Part shown: positions 24,221 through 37,904 of the stretch, one piece after another
Numbering within the stretch: the first letter of the stretch is position 1
Layout: every line of letters begins with the position of its first letter
NCBI RefSeq assembly: GCF_018350175.1
Contig: NC_058368.1
Span: forward strand, 33,048,001-33,112,000
Source: Felis catus
Lineage: Eukaryota
Reading direction: 5' to 3'
Length of the DNA stretch: 64,000 nucleotides
Program-made: the position numbers and the translations under genes
The notes under the pieces: model-generated
The model's database searches: none
What the model saw: the letters and a program-made list of their open reading frames with translations, nothing else
Told to the model about the DNA's origin: nothing

Positions 24221-26027
24221 CAGAAATTTACATGTCCTTTTAAGATAATCTGATATTTACACTTTACCTCAATCTTCTAGAATGTACCACGCTATTGTTA
24301 TATTTAGTACACCTGTCTGAACAATTAAGTTGGACTTAATTGTTCGACATAGATTCAACAAATGTACAGATTTCTCCAAAAATTTAGATAATTTAATATA
24401 TTTTACAAGTTCTTTTAAAGCAACGCCAATATATATCTATGCGTAAAATAAATTTCTGTTCTATATAATTATTTTGTGTTACTTATGGCAGTTAAATAGT
24501 TGAAATGGTATTGCTATAAGATAGAAATATGTAGCTATCCCTCCCTTTCACTTTACCACCATTAACTTTCTTTTCTGCTTAAGAAAACCTAAAGGAAGGC
24601 AAGTAAGGAATATTTTGAGGTTGCACAAGAGTGTATTTCACAAGGTATCACAGAACTACCATGATAGAAATATCTGTAAGTCTAAATTACTGAAGTGCGA
24701 GAGAGCCTGGAGAATTGAGTGTGACATATAACTTCTCTTCTCATTCAAAAATTGGGTGATTACAACGTTGGAGCGAGTGGGGCCTGAATACGGGTCATTT
24801 GTCATTTGTCCTATGATATTATAGAGGGAGGAAATGCAATATATTTTGTTCTACTTTATTTCATTCCTTCATTTTCAAGCAACATTCTCAGTAATAGGAT
24901 ATAGGGAATGCGATGTAATGACATAATATCAACAAGAAGAAATGAAAACATCACCCAGAGGAAAGGTAGCAGACCCCAGAATGCTGAGGCCTAATTTTAA
25001 GGATTTTTAAGAGCAGTTGTGTGAGGGTGACCCCAAATGTTCCATAGCTAAAAAATATATCAAGATCTAAATAAGTAGAGAATAACTACTGATTGATGAA
25101 GTATTTCCCTTAAGAAAATAAATATTTCTGTATACTATCACTATTATCAAAGAGCAAAATGCAATATAATTGCATTAGTATAAGGATTATATCTGTAACA
25201 TTAATCAAATTTATTACAGCTATTATTGAAATCATTACAGCAAATATGTAGATAGATTATCACTTCTGTGCTGAGGCTAAATCGTGATTAATATGTCTAC
25301 CATAGAATTTTCTAACTGAAGGGATACGTAGGAGTGATCTTTTAACCACACTAACTTACAAGTTTACCAACTTAGAATTCTATTTTATTTCAAATTTGGG
25401 GAATATAGGTGAGGTGATGAGTTAAGAACTTGATTTTTAAATGAAATTTGAATATAATAGGTTTCTAGTAATTGGTTCTGTGGAGTGATTTGGAGAGCGA
25501 ACTTACCTGCCCATAAGAAAGTAATGCTATATTAATTAAGTACGTGCTACGAAGCACACCTAAACATTTAAATAATATATTTAGTTCATAATACATAGTT
25601 TGTAGCCAGTGTGTAATTCAGTATCTATAAATTACTTCTTATGTTAGAATTGAGGAACATTTCTTGAAAGGCCTAAACATAAATGTCAAAAGATCTGTCT
25701 TCAGATACTGGCTGTTAAGTTGTTTTGACCTGGAAAAATAAGGATATCAATGAGTAAAATCTGCATTGACCAAGTGGAATAATCCTCTGATACTTCTCAA
25801 ATTGTTTTAATAAATTATCAGACCTTATGTTAAATACAGCCTTAAGTTAGAGAATTGGGCCTAAGCAACTGAATAGTTGTCATGATACAATCATTGTCCA
25901 TATGTTCTTTAAATATTTGAAGCCTACATGAAGATAAATCAGTCTTTATGAAAAATTTATCAAACTGAATTTCTTTCCACTAATCTCAATAACTTTTTAT
26001 TTTGAGAATCAAAATGTTGTCAAATTA

Positions 26028-26264
26028 AGGTGCGTCTGGGTGGCTCAGTCGGTTGAGCATCTGACTTCAGCTCAAGTCATTATCTCATACGGTTAGTGAG
26101 TTCGAATCCCGTGTTGGGCTCTGTGCTGGCAGCTCAGAGCCTGGAGCCTGCTTTGGATTCTCTGTCTCCCTTTCTCTTTCTCTCTGCCCCTCTCCCACTC
26201 ACACTCTGTCTCTCTCTGTCTCTCTCTCTCAAAAGTAAACATTAAAAAAAATTTAAAAAGACTT
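26028..26264 (+). mobile_element. Can-SINE
   Basis: Head, B box gagttcgaatcc and CT tract; TSD aaaat(g/t)ttgtcaaatta. Confidence 0.96.
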
Positions 26265-26904
26265 AAAATTTTGTCAAATTAGCACTTTGATCACACACAA
26301 AAAAAGTAATTTTCAATGTATTTGAGTTATCTCTTCCTTTTAGACATTTCTTACTTTTTATGATTTCTTTATTATACAGAAGAATATGCTTTCTTTTACT
26401 CATTTCTGATGTATGGTAATAGTTACTTTTCATATCTTTAAGGTGTTATAGGTTTGCTTTAGGTTTATAACAAAACTGAGAGGAAAGTAAACAGATGTCC
26501 CATATACCCTCTGCACCCACGCATGCATAGCCTCCCCCATTATTAACATCACTTACCAGAATGGTACATTTTATTTTATTTTCATTTTTTTTTCACCAAG
26601 AATGACCCTACATTGACACATCAGAATCACCCAAAGCCCAAAGTTTACAGTAAAGTTCACTCCTGGTATTATACACTGTACAAGTTTGGATCAATGTATG
26701 ATTGATCCAATGTATGATTGAATGTATGTATTCATCATTATTATATATTACAAAGTACTTTCACTACCCTAAAAATTCTTTGTGCTCTGTATGTTCATTT
26801 TCTCTGCCCCATCAATGGTGGTGACTACTGAAACTTGTATTTTCTCCATAGTTTTACCTTTTCCAGAATGTCATATAATTAGAATTATACAGTCTGTAGT
26901 CTTT

Positions 26905-27685
26905 TGAGGGTTTTCTGCCCAAATTCTAATGTGCACCAAGCAGCTCTCTGACACTAGCTAGGTGTCTTACCATTCAACTCAATTCTGCCACTGTCTACTC
27001 AGAGATAGTATCAGATGACACGGGTTAAGGGCTGAGTCTCATAATACCCTCCGTGTCGTGTCATTCAAAAGTTCAAGCTGTCTTCTGTGCTTCCAACTGA
27101 CCAGATACAAATTGGAGGTTCCAATCACCCCCTCCCTGGGTTTGATTAATTTGCCAGAGTGGCTCACAGAGCTCAGGTAACTCATTAACTCACTAGATTA
27201 CCCATCTATTAAAAAGGATATTAAAGGATATGAATCAACCAGATGAAAAGATACTTTGGGAGATGTCCCAAACAAAGGAGCTTCTATCCCCGTGAAGTTG
27301 GGGCCTGGCATGGTGGCACCTGGAAGCATGCTTCACAAATTTGGGGACATTCTGAACCACTCCCCCCCTACCTTGGTTTTTTTATGGAGGCTTTATTACA
27401 TAAGCATGATTGATTAAATCATTGTCCATTGGTGACTGATTCAACCTCGAGCCTCTCTCTCCTCTTTGGAAATCTGGGTGGAACTGAAAGTTCCAACATT
27501 TTATTCACAACTGGTCCCCTCCTTAGGTGCAATCCAAAAGTCACTTCGTTAACAAAAGATACCTTTATTGTTCACCTCACTTAGGAAATTCAAAGAGTTT
27601 TAGGAGCTCTTAGGCTAGAGTTTTACGGACAGAAATGGGGACTAGAGCCAAATATATATTTCTTATTACAAATCATAATTGCACA
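26905..27685 (-). mobile_element. MER21-like solo LTR
   Basis: TG...CA termini with 4-bp TSD cttt (26901-26904, 27686-27689); motifs gacactagctaggtgtc and gggtttgattaatttgccagagtggctcacaga. Confidence 0.85.
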
Positions 27686-28022
27686 CTTTTCCCATTAGCT
27701 TCTTTCACTTAATATGTATTGAAGGTTTAAGAATTCTGTTTTTTTATGGTTTGATAGTTTATTTCTTTTTAGTGCTGAATAATATTCCATTATCTAGATG
27801 TGCTACTCTTTATCCATTCATCTACTAAAGGACATCTTGGTTGCTTCCAAGTTTGGGCAGTTACAAGTTGCTATAAACATTCATGTGCAGGTTTTTGTGT
27901 GGATAAAAGTTTTCATTTCCTTTGGGAATATACCAAGGATATGACTGACTGCTGGATCATGTGTTAAGAGTACATTTAATTTTGTAATATGCCACCAAAC
28001 TGTCTTCCAAGAGTTTCTGTTG

Positions 28023-28158
28023 TGGTGTGTCTTAGTGGCTCAGTCAGTTGAGTGGCCAACTCTTGATTTTGTCTCGGGTCATGATCCCAGGGTCATGGGA
28101 TGCAGCTGTGCATCGGGCTCCAAGCTGAATGTAGAGCCTGCTTAAAATTCATTCTCAT

Positions 28159-28207
<49 letters not shown>

Positions 28208-28287
28208 CCTTGCCTCCCTCCCCCTCTCCACTGCTTGCACTGTCTAAAATAATAAGTAAATAATAAATAAATAAATAAATAAATAAA
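28023..28287 (+). mobile_element. Older Can-SINE with (CT)n tract and (AAAT)n tail
   Basis: gtggctcagtcagttgagtggccaactcttgattt head; degenerate TSD gtt(t/c)ctgttg. Confidence 0.92.
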
Positions 28288-28812
28288 TGTTCCTGTTGCT
28301 CCACATCCTTGCCAGTATTTGGTGTGCGTGTTTCAGATTTTGTCTATTCCAATAAAGTCTGTAGTGGTATCCCATAGTGATTTTAATTTTCATTTTCGTG
28401 ATAATATATGATGTTGAAGCATGTTTTCATGTGCTTATTTGCCACCTGTAAATCTTCCTTGGTGAGGTGACTGTTAAGATCTTTGGCCCATTTTAATATT
28501 TTTTTAATGAGTGTTAAGTGTTCTTTTGTCTATTGTGGATAATGGTCCTTCATCAGATGTGTCTTTTACAAATGCTTCATTCCGTGGCTTGTCTTCTTCC
28601 TTTCTTGCTATTGTCTTTTGCAGACAGCAGTTTGTTTTTTTTTTTTTTTTAATTTTAATGAAGTCCAGCTTATCAGTTATTTTTTATGGTGTTATATCTA
28701 AGAAGACATTACCATAAGTTATCTCCTAGGAGTCTTATAGCTTTACATTTTACGTCTATGATCCATTTTGAGTTAAATTTTATGAAGGGTGTAAAGACTG
28801 TGTCTATATGCA

Positions 28813-29037
28813 TTTTTTTTTTAATTTTTTTTTTCAACTTTTATTTATTTTTGGGACAGAGAGAGACAGAGCATGACTGGGGGAGGGGCAGAGAGAGAGG
28901 GAGACACAGAATCGGAAAGAGGCTCCAGGCTCTGAGCCATCAGCCCAGAGCCCGACGCGGGGCTCGAACTCACGGACCGCAAGATCGTGACCTGGCTGAA
29001 GTCGGACACTTAACCGACTGCGCCACCCAGGCGCCCC
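28813..29037 (-). mobile_element. Young felid SINEC_Fc-type SINE
   Basis: CpG-rich, near-consensus body; TSD tctatatgcattttttt on both sides. Confidence 0.98.
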
Positions 29038-29754
29038 TCTATATGCATTTTTTTTCATGTAGATATCTAATTTTTCTATCACCATTTGGAGATCACCTTT
29101 GCTTCATTATATTGCCTTTTCTCCTTTATCAAAGATAAGTTGACTATATTTATGGGAATCTATTTCTGCTCATTTTATTCTGTTCCATTGATCTATTTGT
29201 CTTTTCTTTCACCAGTCTTAAATACTATATCTTTAGAGTAAGTTTTAAAGTCAGGTAGCTTCAATCTTCTGAATTTGTTTTGTTCTTCAATATTATGTTG
29301 GCTATTCTGGATAATTTGCCTCCCCATTCAAACTTTGAAATCAATTTACCAACATCCATAAAATATCTTGCTAAGGTTTTGATTTAGATTGCATTGAATC
29401 TATAGATGAAGTTGGAAACAACTACTTCTTGACATTATTGAGTCTTCCTATCCATGAGCATGGAATAGCTCTCCATTTTTTAGTTCTTGATTTAAATTAT
29501 CAGTTTTAAATTATAGTTTTCCTTATATAGATATTGCACATATTTTTATTAGACTTATATCTAAGTATTTCATCTTTGGAGTGTTTATATTAGTAGTATT
29601 ATGAATTTAATTACAAGTGCTATTGAACATTGTTGATATATAGGAATACGATTGACCTTTTATTTATTTTTTTTATATCATCTTTCTCTTCCCAACATGT
29701 CAACATGTTATCCTAAATAAAGGACCCTCTACAACTACCAAACTACCATTTGTC

Positions 29755-30202
29755 ATGGGATAAATTACTTACTGCTTTACCACTAACCCCTCAAAACTTA
29801 GTGGCTTAAATCAGTAAACAATTGTAATCTGTGAGTCTGAATTTGGGATTGGACTGTGTTAGGTGGTTCTTCTGATCTCAGCTAAGTTCACTTGGATGAA
29901 CATTTATATACAACTCGCTGACAGGCAGTGGCAGACAATTTAAGTGCCTGACAGTTAGCTGGTCCTTAGATGAATTTGGATAGTGGAGCCATTATCCTTA
30001 AGCAGTATAGACCTGATTCATTCATATGTTAATAGTTTACAGAGTTCCTAAGAATTGAGGACAAACAACTTGTGTCACAATTGTTAACATCATATGAGCC
30101 AAAAGAAGTCACATAACTAATCGCACTCCAAAAAAGTTGGAGATCATTCAAAGATATACAGCAAGTATTTTAGGCGAATTTGTATCCATATTTGCTACCA
30201 CC
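29755..30202 (-). mobile_element. MaLR LTR (MLT1F/H-like)
   Basis: aacccctcaaaacttagtggcttaaa...aggtggttcttctgatctcagct...gccaaaagaagtcacat. Confidence 0.65.
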
Positions 30203-30229
30203 AGGATATTCTGTTCCTTTGTATCTATC

Positions 30230-30362
30230 ATTCCTTATAAGCAAAATGAAAATAGTAATAACTCCTGTATAAGGTTCTTATGAGATGTAATTAATCACTA
30301 TTTTAAAGTACTTAGAATAAAGCCTAGCAGATATTAAGCATTGATATTTGCGGTTATTACTG
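30230..30362 (+). mobile_element. MIR core
   Basis: aaaatgaaaatagtaata...aaagtacttagaataaagcctagcagatattaagca. Confidence 0.7.
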
Positions 30363-30369
30363 TTGACAT

Positions 30370-31075
30370 TGTTGCAAAATAAAGGAATAGTCTGTAGGTG
30401 TGAAATTTCAGTAAATAAATTTCTTAAAGGGGCATCGCTTCATTCTGCTCTTTCTTCAAATGCCATTTGAAGAGTCTGGCTTCTGGTTAAAACATATACA
30501 TGATTTTTCATGCTGGATCGCAGGCAATTATGGAAGCTTTATTTGGAGTCCTCACAGGGGAAGCGGCTTTCCCCACGTGGTGCACAGCTACTGCACTGCG
30601 GTCTCTGAAGGGAGTTGGAGTCCACGACTCAGGCCCTTCTGGCCAGTCATGCTTCTTTGCTTTATTTACATTCTGAGCCCCAGTACACTTCATTTGAATG
30701 TCTCTTGATTGGGGCCTAAGGCGGAGAACATACTCAGGTGCCTTGGCCGACATCATCTTATTGGAGGGAAGGGGCAAACTTTGAGATGATCTGTTCTGAC
30801 TCAATACTCAGCACTGTTCATACTCTGAGCTGTTCCTCTCTTACCTTCCCCATACTTAGAGTCCGTAAAACTACAATTGTAGGAGTCTTTACACAGGGTT
30901 CCTTGGCAGAGGGACAACTGCTACCTGTGTGCTCAGCCACCTGACCCAGTGTTTAGGGATGGGGGTGGAGGTGGTAGTGGGCCCTTTATCCAGTCTAGCC
31001 TCTTGCTTATATTATCATTACAAGTGATTAAGGGCTTGGTTGTTACTTTTGTTTTTAGCCTGTTGCTTTTTAACA
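30370..31075 (-). mobile_element. Probable ERV solo LTR, family not recognised
   Basis: GC-richer 706-bp block bounded by tgtt...aaca, near-TSD acat/tcat, minus-strand AATAAA (tttatt at about 30538). Confidence 0.5.
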
Positions 31076-31334
31076 TCATGAAAGAGCTGAGCTGCCAGGT
31101 ATCAGGTTAGCCAATTAAAGCAATAAATTAGTGTATTACATGTAATTAGACACAGGTATAAATAAAAAAGCAATGTAAGGTGATTGTGAATTATGGAATT
31201 ACTTGTTTTTGTGAGCTTGGTCAGGAAAGGCTCCTGTAAGCAGGTAATGTTAGAAATTTACTATAAATAATCATATTATAAACACATTTATCTGTTTATA
31301 GACACACTTTCTGTGTCCCCATTTTGATATAAAC

Positions 31335-31452
31335 AACCTGTGGAAAGAGAAGTTATCTTGTTATTTGTTCTATTTCTATCTCTAGTGTCTAGAAGAGTGC
31401 CAGGTATCACATATGTCCTCTATAAATGTTTATTCACTATATTAATGAATAA
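31335..31452 (+). mobile_element. L2 3' end
   Basis: tctagtgtctagaagagtgccaggtatcacatatgtcctctataaatgtttattc. Confidence 0.65.
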
Positions 31453-31554
31453 TGTTTTCTATAGTCAGTAATTTAATAATATTCATATCAGAATTACTAT
31501 GAAAAAGGAGAATGTATGCGTCTCAATATTGTGGTATTATTTGGGTCTTGTGCG

Positions 31555-32180
31555 ATTATGTCCTGTGTCTTTCACCATGTGTATGTCATCTTTGGAAAAA
31601 TGGCAATTAAGATCTTTGGGTTTTTTGGGGCTCCTGGGTGGCTCAGTCAGTTGAGCATCCAACTTCAGCTCAGGTCATGATCTCATATTTCGTGAGTTCG
31701 AGCCCCTCATCAGGCTCTGTGCTGAGAGCTCGGAGCCTGAAACCTGCTTCGGATTCTGTGTCTCCCTCTCTCTCTGCCCCTAACCCACTCGCATTCTGTC
31801 TCTGTCTCTCTCAAAAATAAATAAAAACATTAAAACATTTTTAAATAAAATAGATCTTTGGGGTTTTTTTTTGTTTTGTTTTGCTTTTAAATTATATGAG
31901 TTCTTCATATATTTTGGATATTAGTCTCTTATCAGGTATATGATTTGCAAATATTCTCTCCCACTTAGTAAGTTGCTTTTCATGTTGGTGCTTTCCTTTG
32001 CTGTTCACAAATTTGTTAGTGTGATACAGTCCCACTTGTTAATTTTGCTTTTGTTACTTTTAATGTCAGATTTAAAAACTCATTGTTAAAGCCTATGTGA
32101 GGGGAGCTTACCGCCTGGGTTTTTCTTCGAGGAATTTTTGTGGCTTCAGATCTTATGTTCAAGTCTTTTAAGCGAATTTT
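31555..32180 (-). mobile_element. L1 ORF2 3' fragment, interrupted by a SINE
   Basis: gtatgtcatctttggaaaaatg...tcttatcaggtatatgatttgcaaatattctctccca. Confidence 0.85.
31627..31851 (+). mobile_element. Can-SINE
   Basis: Full body; TSD agatctttggg(g)tttttt. Confidence 0.96.
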
Positions 32181-32302
32181 AAGTAAAACAAACAAATAAA
32201 AAAAAAGAAACTTTACTGGTAGTACTATTTATCATCGGAATAATGGACCAAAAAATTCATCTGCCCCAAGCAAACAAATGTAAGCAATTGATCTTAATCA
32301 AT

Positions 32303-32372
32303 TGTGTGTGTCTGTGTCTGTGTCTGTATCTGTGTGTGTTTGTGTGTGTGTGTGTGTGCACGTGTGCACACA
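32303..32372. repeat. Compound (TG)n/(TGTCTG)n microsatellite
   Basis: Read directly from the sequence. Confidence 0.9.
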
Positions 32373-32652
32373 CCCAAGTCTGTGTCCACTTTGAAAAATA
32401 TGAGTTGGAGGGAATGTCAGAGGATTTGAGACAGAGACCAAAAGAAACATTTCAATGTTAAATCTTTGTGAAAGTCTCTCTGTTTTGATACAATCCAATG
32501 TGTTTATGAAGTGTTGGCCTAAAGGGTTTGAAAGTATCATTATGCTTCATTTCTTTCTGCTTTTTCTTACTTAGTTATAAACTCTAAGACACTACTTGTC
32601 ATATATATATTCACATACATATGTATAAAATATATAAAATAAATATATTTAC

Positions 32653-32654
<2 letters not shown>

Positions 32655-32696
<42 letters not shown>
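32655..32696. repeat. (TA)21 microsatellite
   Basis: Read directly from the sequence. Confidence 0.95.
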
Positions 32697-32698
<2 letters not shown>

Positions 32699-33544
32699 CT
32701 CTTCACACACATACCATGTTCATTGTTTGTTCATGAATTTTTTCCTATCCATTTAATCTCCATCTTCTGATACATCAACAGCAGGGAGCTTTCATTTGTT
32801 ATTTGTTTAAATCTCAAATCTTCTGAAACCTCATGTTTAATGGCATTAATTTCAGCTTCAGTTAGCAAGTTTCCTTTCATGATGGCTTGTCTCCAACCTG
32901 TTATATTTTGTTCATTTATTTAATCTAGTTGTCAAGTCAGGATATTTGTTGATAAATTGCTAGAATATTTTCTGTCTCTGTACGATTGTAACATTTTCTG
33001 ATTGAATACCTCCTCTAAAACAGCATTTACTGTAATCTTATGCTTAAAAATTCCAATTACTGGGACTTTTTAGGTATAGAATTCTGATGATTGGGCTTCT
33101 TGCATCTGCCAGAATAATTTAACCACTTACATTAAAATGTCCTCAGGGCTTAAATTGTTTGCAATACATTGTATTTTTGAAGCTTCTAGTAATTGGGTGA
33201 ATAATGACTCTCATTCTTAGATTTATTTGACTCTTAAAGCTACATCAACCTAGCCTATGGCTATCTCTCTATTTTGTTGTTGAGTTATTGTTGTACAGAA
33301 TTTTCGGATCACTTGCCTATGTAGGCATGGAAGAAAATATATGCGCCAGATATGATGTAATAACGTATAGCTTTGGAAAATTTATTAACATGTAGTACAT
33401 GAGCATTATATATATTTAGAATGCATTAATCAATTTAGTCACAGGCACAGGCTTCTGAGTCATTTCAATAAGATTGTTACTTCACAACACATACACTTTC
33501 TAACATTCAGTTCATATTCCTGATACATATATTTATGTACATAT

Positions 33545-33860
33545 ACTTATAAATACACAAATGTGTAAATCAGCATACATTTATGCTAAATGAAAGATGA
33601 TAGACACAAACTTGTACATTCTACTTACAAACTAAACTAATTGACAATAGTAGATCTATTTCTCTGAGACCAGAGATAGAAGGAGGAATGGATTGCCAGT
33701 GAGCACAAAGAACTTTCAGAAGGAATGAACATGATCTATTACTTCATTATAGTAGTAAATTACTTCATATAGTAGTAAATCTACTATAGTAGAATGTAGA
33801 CAACCATTAAAACTCAAATTGTACCTTCTAAATTATTATTGCACTTTATTCTCATTGTAG
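33545..33860 (+). mobile_element. Old L1 (L1MD/ME) 3' end
   Basis: tatgctaaatgaaaga...ggattgccagtgagcacaaagaactttcagaaggaatgaacatgatcta; local 21-bp duplication at about 33738-33780. Confidence 0.65.
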
Positions 33861-33964
33861 ATAAGCTATTCGTAAGTATATTTCACATGGTATATACCTT
33901 ATAGTACATCTGGATGAATACAACCTGATGCATTTTCTAGGAAATGTAGATTCTATGTTAAACT

Positions 33965-34490
33965 TTAAATCTCCATTTTGCTAATTCCACTAACTTCTAA
34001 TGCAAGCAGCAATCATATCTTTGGATAATTGTCTCCTTAATATTCTTACTCCCGAATATTAAATATTTTTAAACAAAGCCAGGATAAGCTTCCAAATTGA
34101 TGATGCCTATTCTGTTTTTAAAATACGGACTCTATCTTCTGGGCATTCAGGGTAAATCCCAAAATCCTTACCATAGCCTGAAGGTCTCTGAATGTTCTGG
34201 CAAGCACAGGCATTTCCAGCTACAGTTGTGTAATCTAGTCTAAACCACACAGTCATTATTTGATGTTATTCAAACATACCAAATTCCTCTCCACACAGGG
34301 ACTAGGTATAAATGCCATAGTTTGAACTGTGATTATTCCAACCCTACTCAGAAGTTATTTAAATGGCTCCTTGGATATCACCCTGGATTGGTTTGAACCA
34401 CCTTCTCCAGTTATACAATCTCATGACTCTGTGGACTTCTTGTCTGTAGTATTTCCCATATGGGACGCTAATTGAACCTTTGTGGCGTCA
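33965..34490 (+). mobile_element. L2 remnant
   Basis: cattcagggtaaatcccaaaatccttaccatagcctgaaggtctctg. Confidence 0.65.
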
Positions 34491-34504
34491 TCTGCTTTCT
34501 TTTT

Positions 34505-35003
34505 ATTGCATGTATTTTATTTTGATATATCGAGATATAATTAGCATGTAATGTTGTATAATTTTAAGATTATGATATGATTTGATACACATAAATATTG
34601 CTGAGTTATTTCCACAATGTTAGTTAACCCTGACATTCCCTCATATAATTGCCTTTTTTTGTAGTGATAATATTTAAGATATACTTCTTAGAAACTTTCA
34701 AGTGTAAAATAGAGTATTGTTAATGTGAGTCATCATGCTGTACATTTAGGTCCCTAGAACTTACTCATTTTATAACTGGTAGTATGCACCCTTCGATCAT
34801 CGTCTCCCATTTCCCTAATGCGCTAGTCTCTGACAACCATCATTCTACTCTCTGTATCTGTGAGTTAAGCATTTTTTTTAGATTCCACATGTAAGTAAGA
34901 TCATACAATATTTGTCTGACTTACTTCACCTGTCATAATGTCCTCATGGTCCATCCATGCTGTTGCAAATGGCAAGACTTTCTTCTTATGGTTAAATAAT
35001 ATT

Positions 35004-35050
<47 letters not shown>

Positions 35051-35413
35051 CATTTTTGTTATTCTGTTTATCCTTTGGGGGTACACTGAGATTCCCATGT
35101 CATGGTTATTGTGCATAATGGAGCAATGAATAAGGAAAGGAAGTGAAGATACCTCTTTGAAATAGTGATTTTGTTTCTTTCAGAAATATACTCAGAAGTG
35201 GGATTGCTGGGTGATTCGGTAGTTCTATTTTTAATTTTTTGAGAAACCTTCATACTTGTTTCCATAGTGGTTGCATCAATTTATACTCCCATCAAAAATA
35301 CACAAGGGTTGCCTTTGTCCACATTCACATCAACGCTTTTTATCTCTTTTTGATAATAGCCATTCTAACAAATGTGAAGTAGTGTCTCATGGTTTTGGTT
35401 CATATTTCCCTGT
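34505..35413 (-). mobile_element. L1MA9-like 3' end with (TG)22 at 35006-35049
   Basis: catgctgtacatttaggtccctagaacttactcattttataactg; ttagattccacatgtaagt; agaagtgggattgctggg. Confidence 0.9.
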
Positions 35414-35988
35414 CATTTATAAAATTATTTATGCACTGAACATGTACAGTGATTGGGGCAACCAAACACATATTTGGAGATTGGAAGGTCTTGCTCAGCC
35501 TATTCTAGGTGGCTCTTTAAATTACGAGAAAAGAAGTAGTTCAAACAAAATATAGAGGGAATATTTTTGGACTTTTCTTTTTCTTCCTCAGTAAACTAGA
35601 ATAAAATGAGGGCTGGGAGTGGAAAGAACAAGCTAACATAGAACACAGTTATTCTTAATATCACAGGTTTACTCTATATACTGCCCGTTTCCATTCTTGA
35701 GGAAAGAAATCTGACTTCCTGTTCACAAGGAAGATGCATGATCACATTAGTAGATCAGCATTCATTTCAACGTAATAAATAAAAAACTAATAGCAGTTTG
35801 AAATCAAAACTACCTGACAGGTGACTGCTTCTTCATAAAAGATTATTTTACATGAGTCGATAATTTGGGTTATAAAAAAGTTCTGCCAGTCTGAATTTTA
35901 GCATATTAAATCACAGCTCACTATAAAATTTTATTACAAATATTTTTCTGGATAACAAGTTTGGTGGTTTTTATAACCTCCAAGTCTT

Positions 35989-36179
35989 TTTTTTATGTTT
36001 ATTTATTTCTGAGACAGAGAGAGACAGAGCAGGAGTGGAGGAGGGGCAGAGAGAAAGGGAGTCACAGAATCAGGAGCAGACTCCAGGCTCCAAGCTGTCA
36101 GCACAGAGCCAGATGCAGGGCTTGAACTCACAAAATGAGAGATCAGGATGCTCAACAGACTGAGCCACCCAGGCACCCC
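35989..36179 (-). mobile_element. Can-SINE with a short internal deletion
   Basis: TSD taacctccaagtctt at 35974-35988 and 36180-36194. Confidence 0.96.
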
Positions 36180-36639
36180 TAACCTCCAAGTCTTATAAGA
36201 TGTTCATTGGTTGAGGAAAACTTGACTAATCACCCTGAAAACCAATGGTGCATTTTTAATGTCATTTTACCATGTAATATTCTAGATGTTTAAAGCAAAG
36301 TTGATGTTATTCAACATATATGTATGTTTGGGTGAAGCAGGAAAAATTTGTGTGCTTCCTTAACAATTATTTAAATTATTGTAATATGTAGAAACATATT
36401 TAATGTTATATTTGAACGTATTTTACATTGGATGGTATGTATTTTTCAGGTATAAAAATGTTAATTACCGACTAACCACTTTGGGAAAGAAACAATCCAT
36501 TTACACTTTCCTTATTTAGGTCATAACATAGAATGCATCTGATTTTTATATCTTCTTTGTTCCAGTATACCAGAGTTTATTAGGAGCATCTAATTAATAA
36601 AGCTTCACGGTAAGCATTTTAGGAATGAAACAATAACCC

Positions 36640-36830
36640 AAATAAATATAATTAGAAGACATTTATTGAGAGCACAGAGGACGAAAAGAATATAGTAGGA
36701 GATAGGTAAGATTTCCAAAAGAAAGTAAGTGATAATTGAGCTGAGTTTTAAATATTTAAGAATGAACAGGCAGAAATGAGTAGAGAACATTGTAAGTGAA
36801 GTGATACAAAAATTGAAATATTGGGAGTAG
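36640..36830 (-). mobile_element. L2 fragment
   Basis: acatttattgagagcac...ttgagctgagttttaaatatttaagaatg. Confidence 0.5.
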
Positions 36831-36910
36831 AAAAAAAAATTAACAGAGGATTTAGTTTGCCAAATTCAACTGTAAAACTGTATTTTGTAAGCCTTAATGA
36901 TTTAACATTG

Positions 36911-36911
<1 letters not shown>

Positions 36912-36941
<30 letters not shown>
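36912..36941. repeat. (TG)15 microsatellite
   Basis: Read directly from the sequence. Confidence 0.95.
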
Positions 36942-36942
<1 letters not shown>

Positions 36943-37904
36943 ATTTTCGTGTGTGGTATAATTATATTTTGTTTTATATCACAGCAGTATACTTTACACG
37001 TAAATATTTGACATACCTCTATGATATAAAATATACAGATACATTTTATATTTAAATCCATTTTTAACTTCCTTTTTATATTTATTTGCAAACAAAAAAA
37101 TCTATAAATACGGGAATAGATGTGAATATGGGTTGTGGGCAGATCTAAGCATAAGTGATGTGGACAGCACTTTCCCTGCCCTAATTAGGTTGAACCCAAT
37201 ATACCCTAGACTCATGAGCACTAATACAATGTTCTTTTGTTTCTTCCAGTTTTGTGAATGTTGAAATATTTACTTCCACCTAAGCTAATACATATATAGT
37301 CACATGGTGACTATAAAATGACAGTTAATTTTTTGTACATTAGAGCATGGGAATGTGTATGCATTTGGTCTATTCCTAAAAATCTTCTGATCATAATATA
37401 AATCAAATTTACAACATTGGTCCATATTATATTAATATAAAAGCATATGTGCAATAAAAGAAATTTACTGCTTTTAGATAATTTCTGTAGGCAGAGTGGA
37501 CTTTTTCATTAGATTTTTTTTATTTGAATATGACTGTATAAGAGTCTAGATTTAATTTGCAATTAAAATAAAATTGAACTTTCAATTTTGGTAATTTCAG
37601 AAATAAAGAAAGGATCTAATAACATCAACCAAAGAGTTGTTAATGTGACACTGAAAAAAATGTTTTACCCTGTGGGTATTTTTCCCCTATGGTATTTATT
37701 TCAAATAGTTATTATAGAAAAAGATGGAATGTGTTTTTTTGAAGATTTAAAAAAAAATGAAAGAAGAGTCAAAGTGTAAGTGAATATAATTGAATAGTAT
37801 GTTATTTCCTTGAATATCTTATATTATGAAAAGCTAAAGTATCCCCTTCATAGGCAATTTAAATATGGCTATTTGGGGGAGCTATTGTTGCTGAAAAGTA
37901 ATTT

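Larger units (their letters stand above)
26445..29660 (-). mobile_element. L1MC1-like 3' UTR and ORF2 3' part, carrying an LTR and two SINEs
   Basis: cccatataccctctgcacccacgcatgcatagcctcccccattattaacatc...cattgacacatcagaatcacccaaag; ORF2 antisense text through gattgcattgaatctatagat. Confidence 0.88.

Noticed and set aside
37130..37240. Faint tRNA-derived (MamSINE-like) similarity on the minus strand
   Set aside because: Match too short and degenerate to support without a profile search
37215..37312. Strong plus-strand branch point and acceptor (cactaat...tttcttccAG)
   Set aside because: Stops in all three frames and only a weak donor; likely a decoy site
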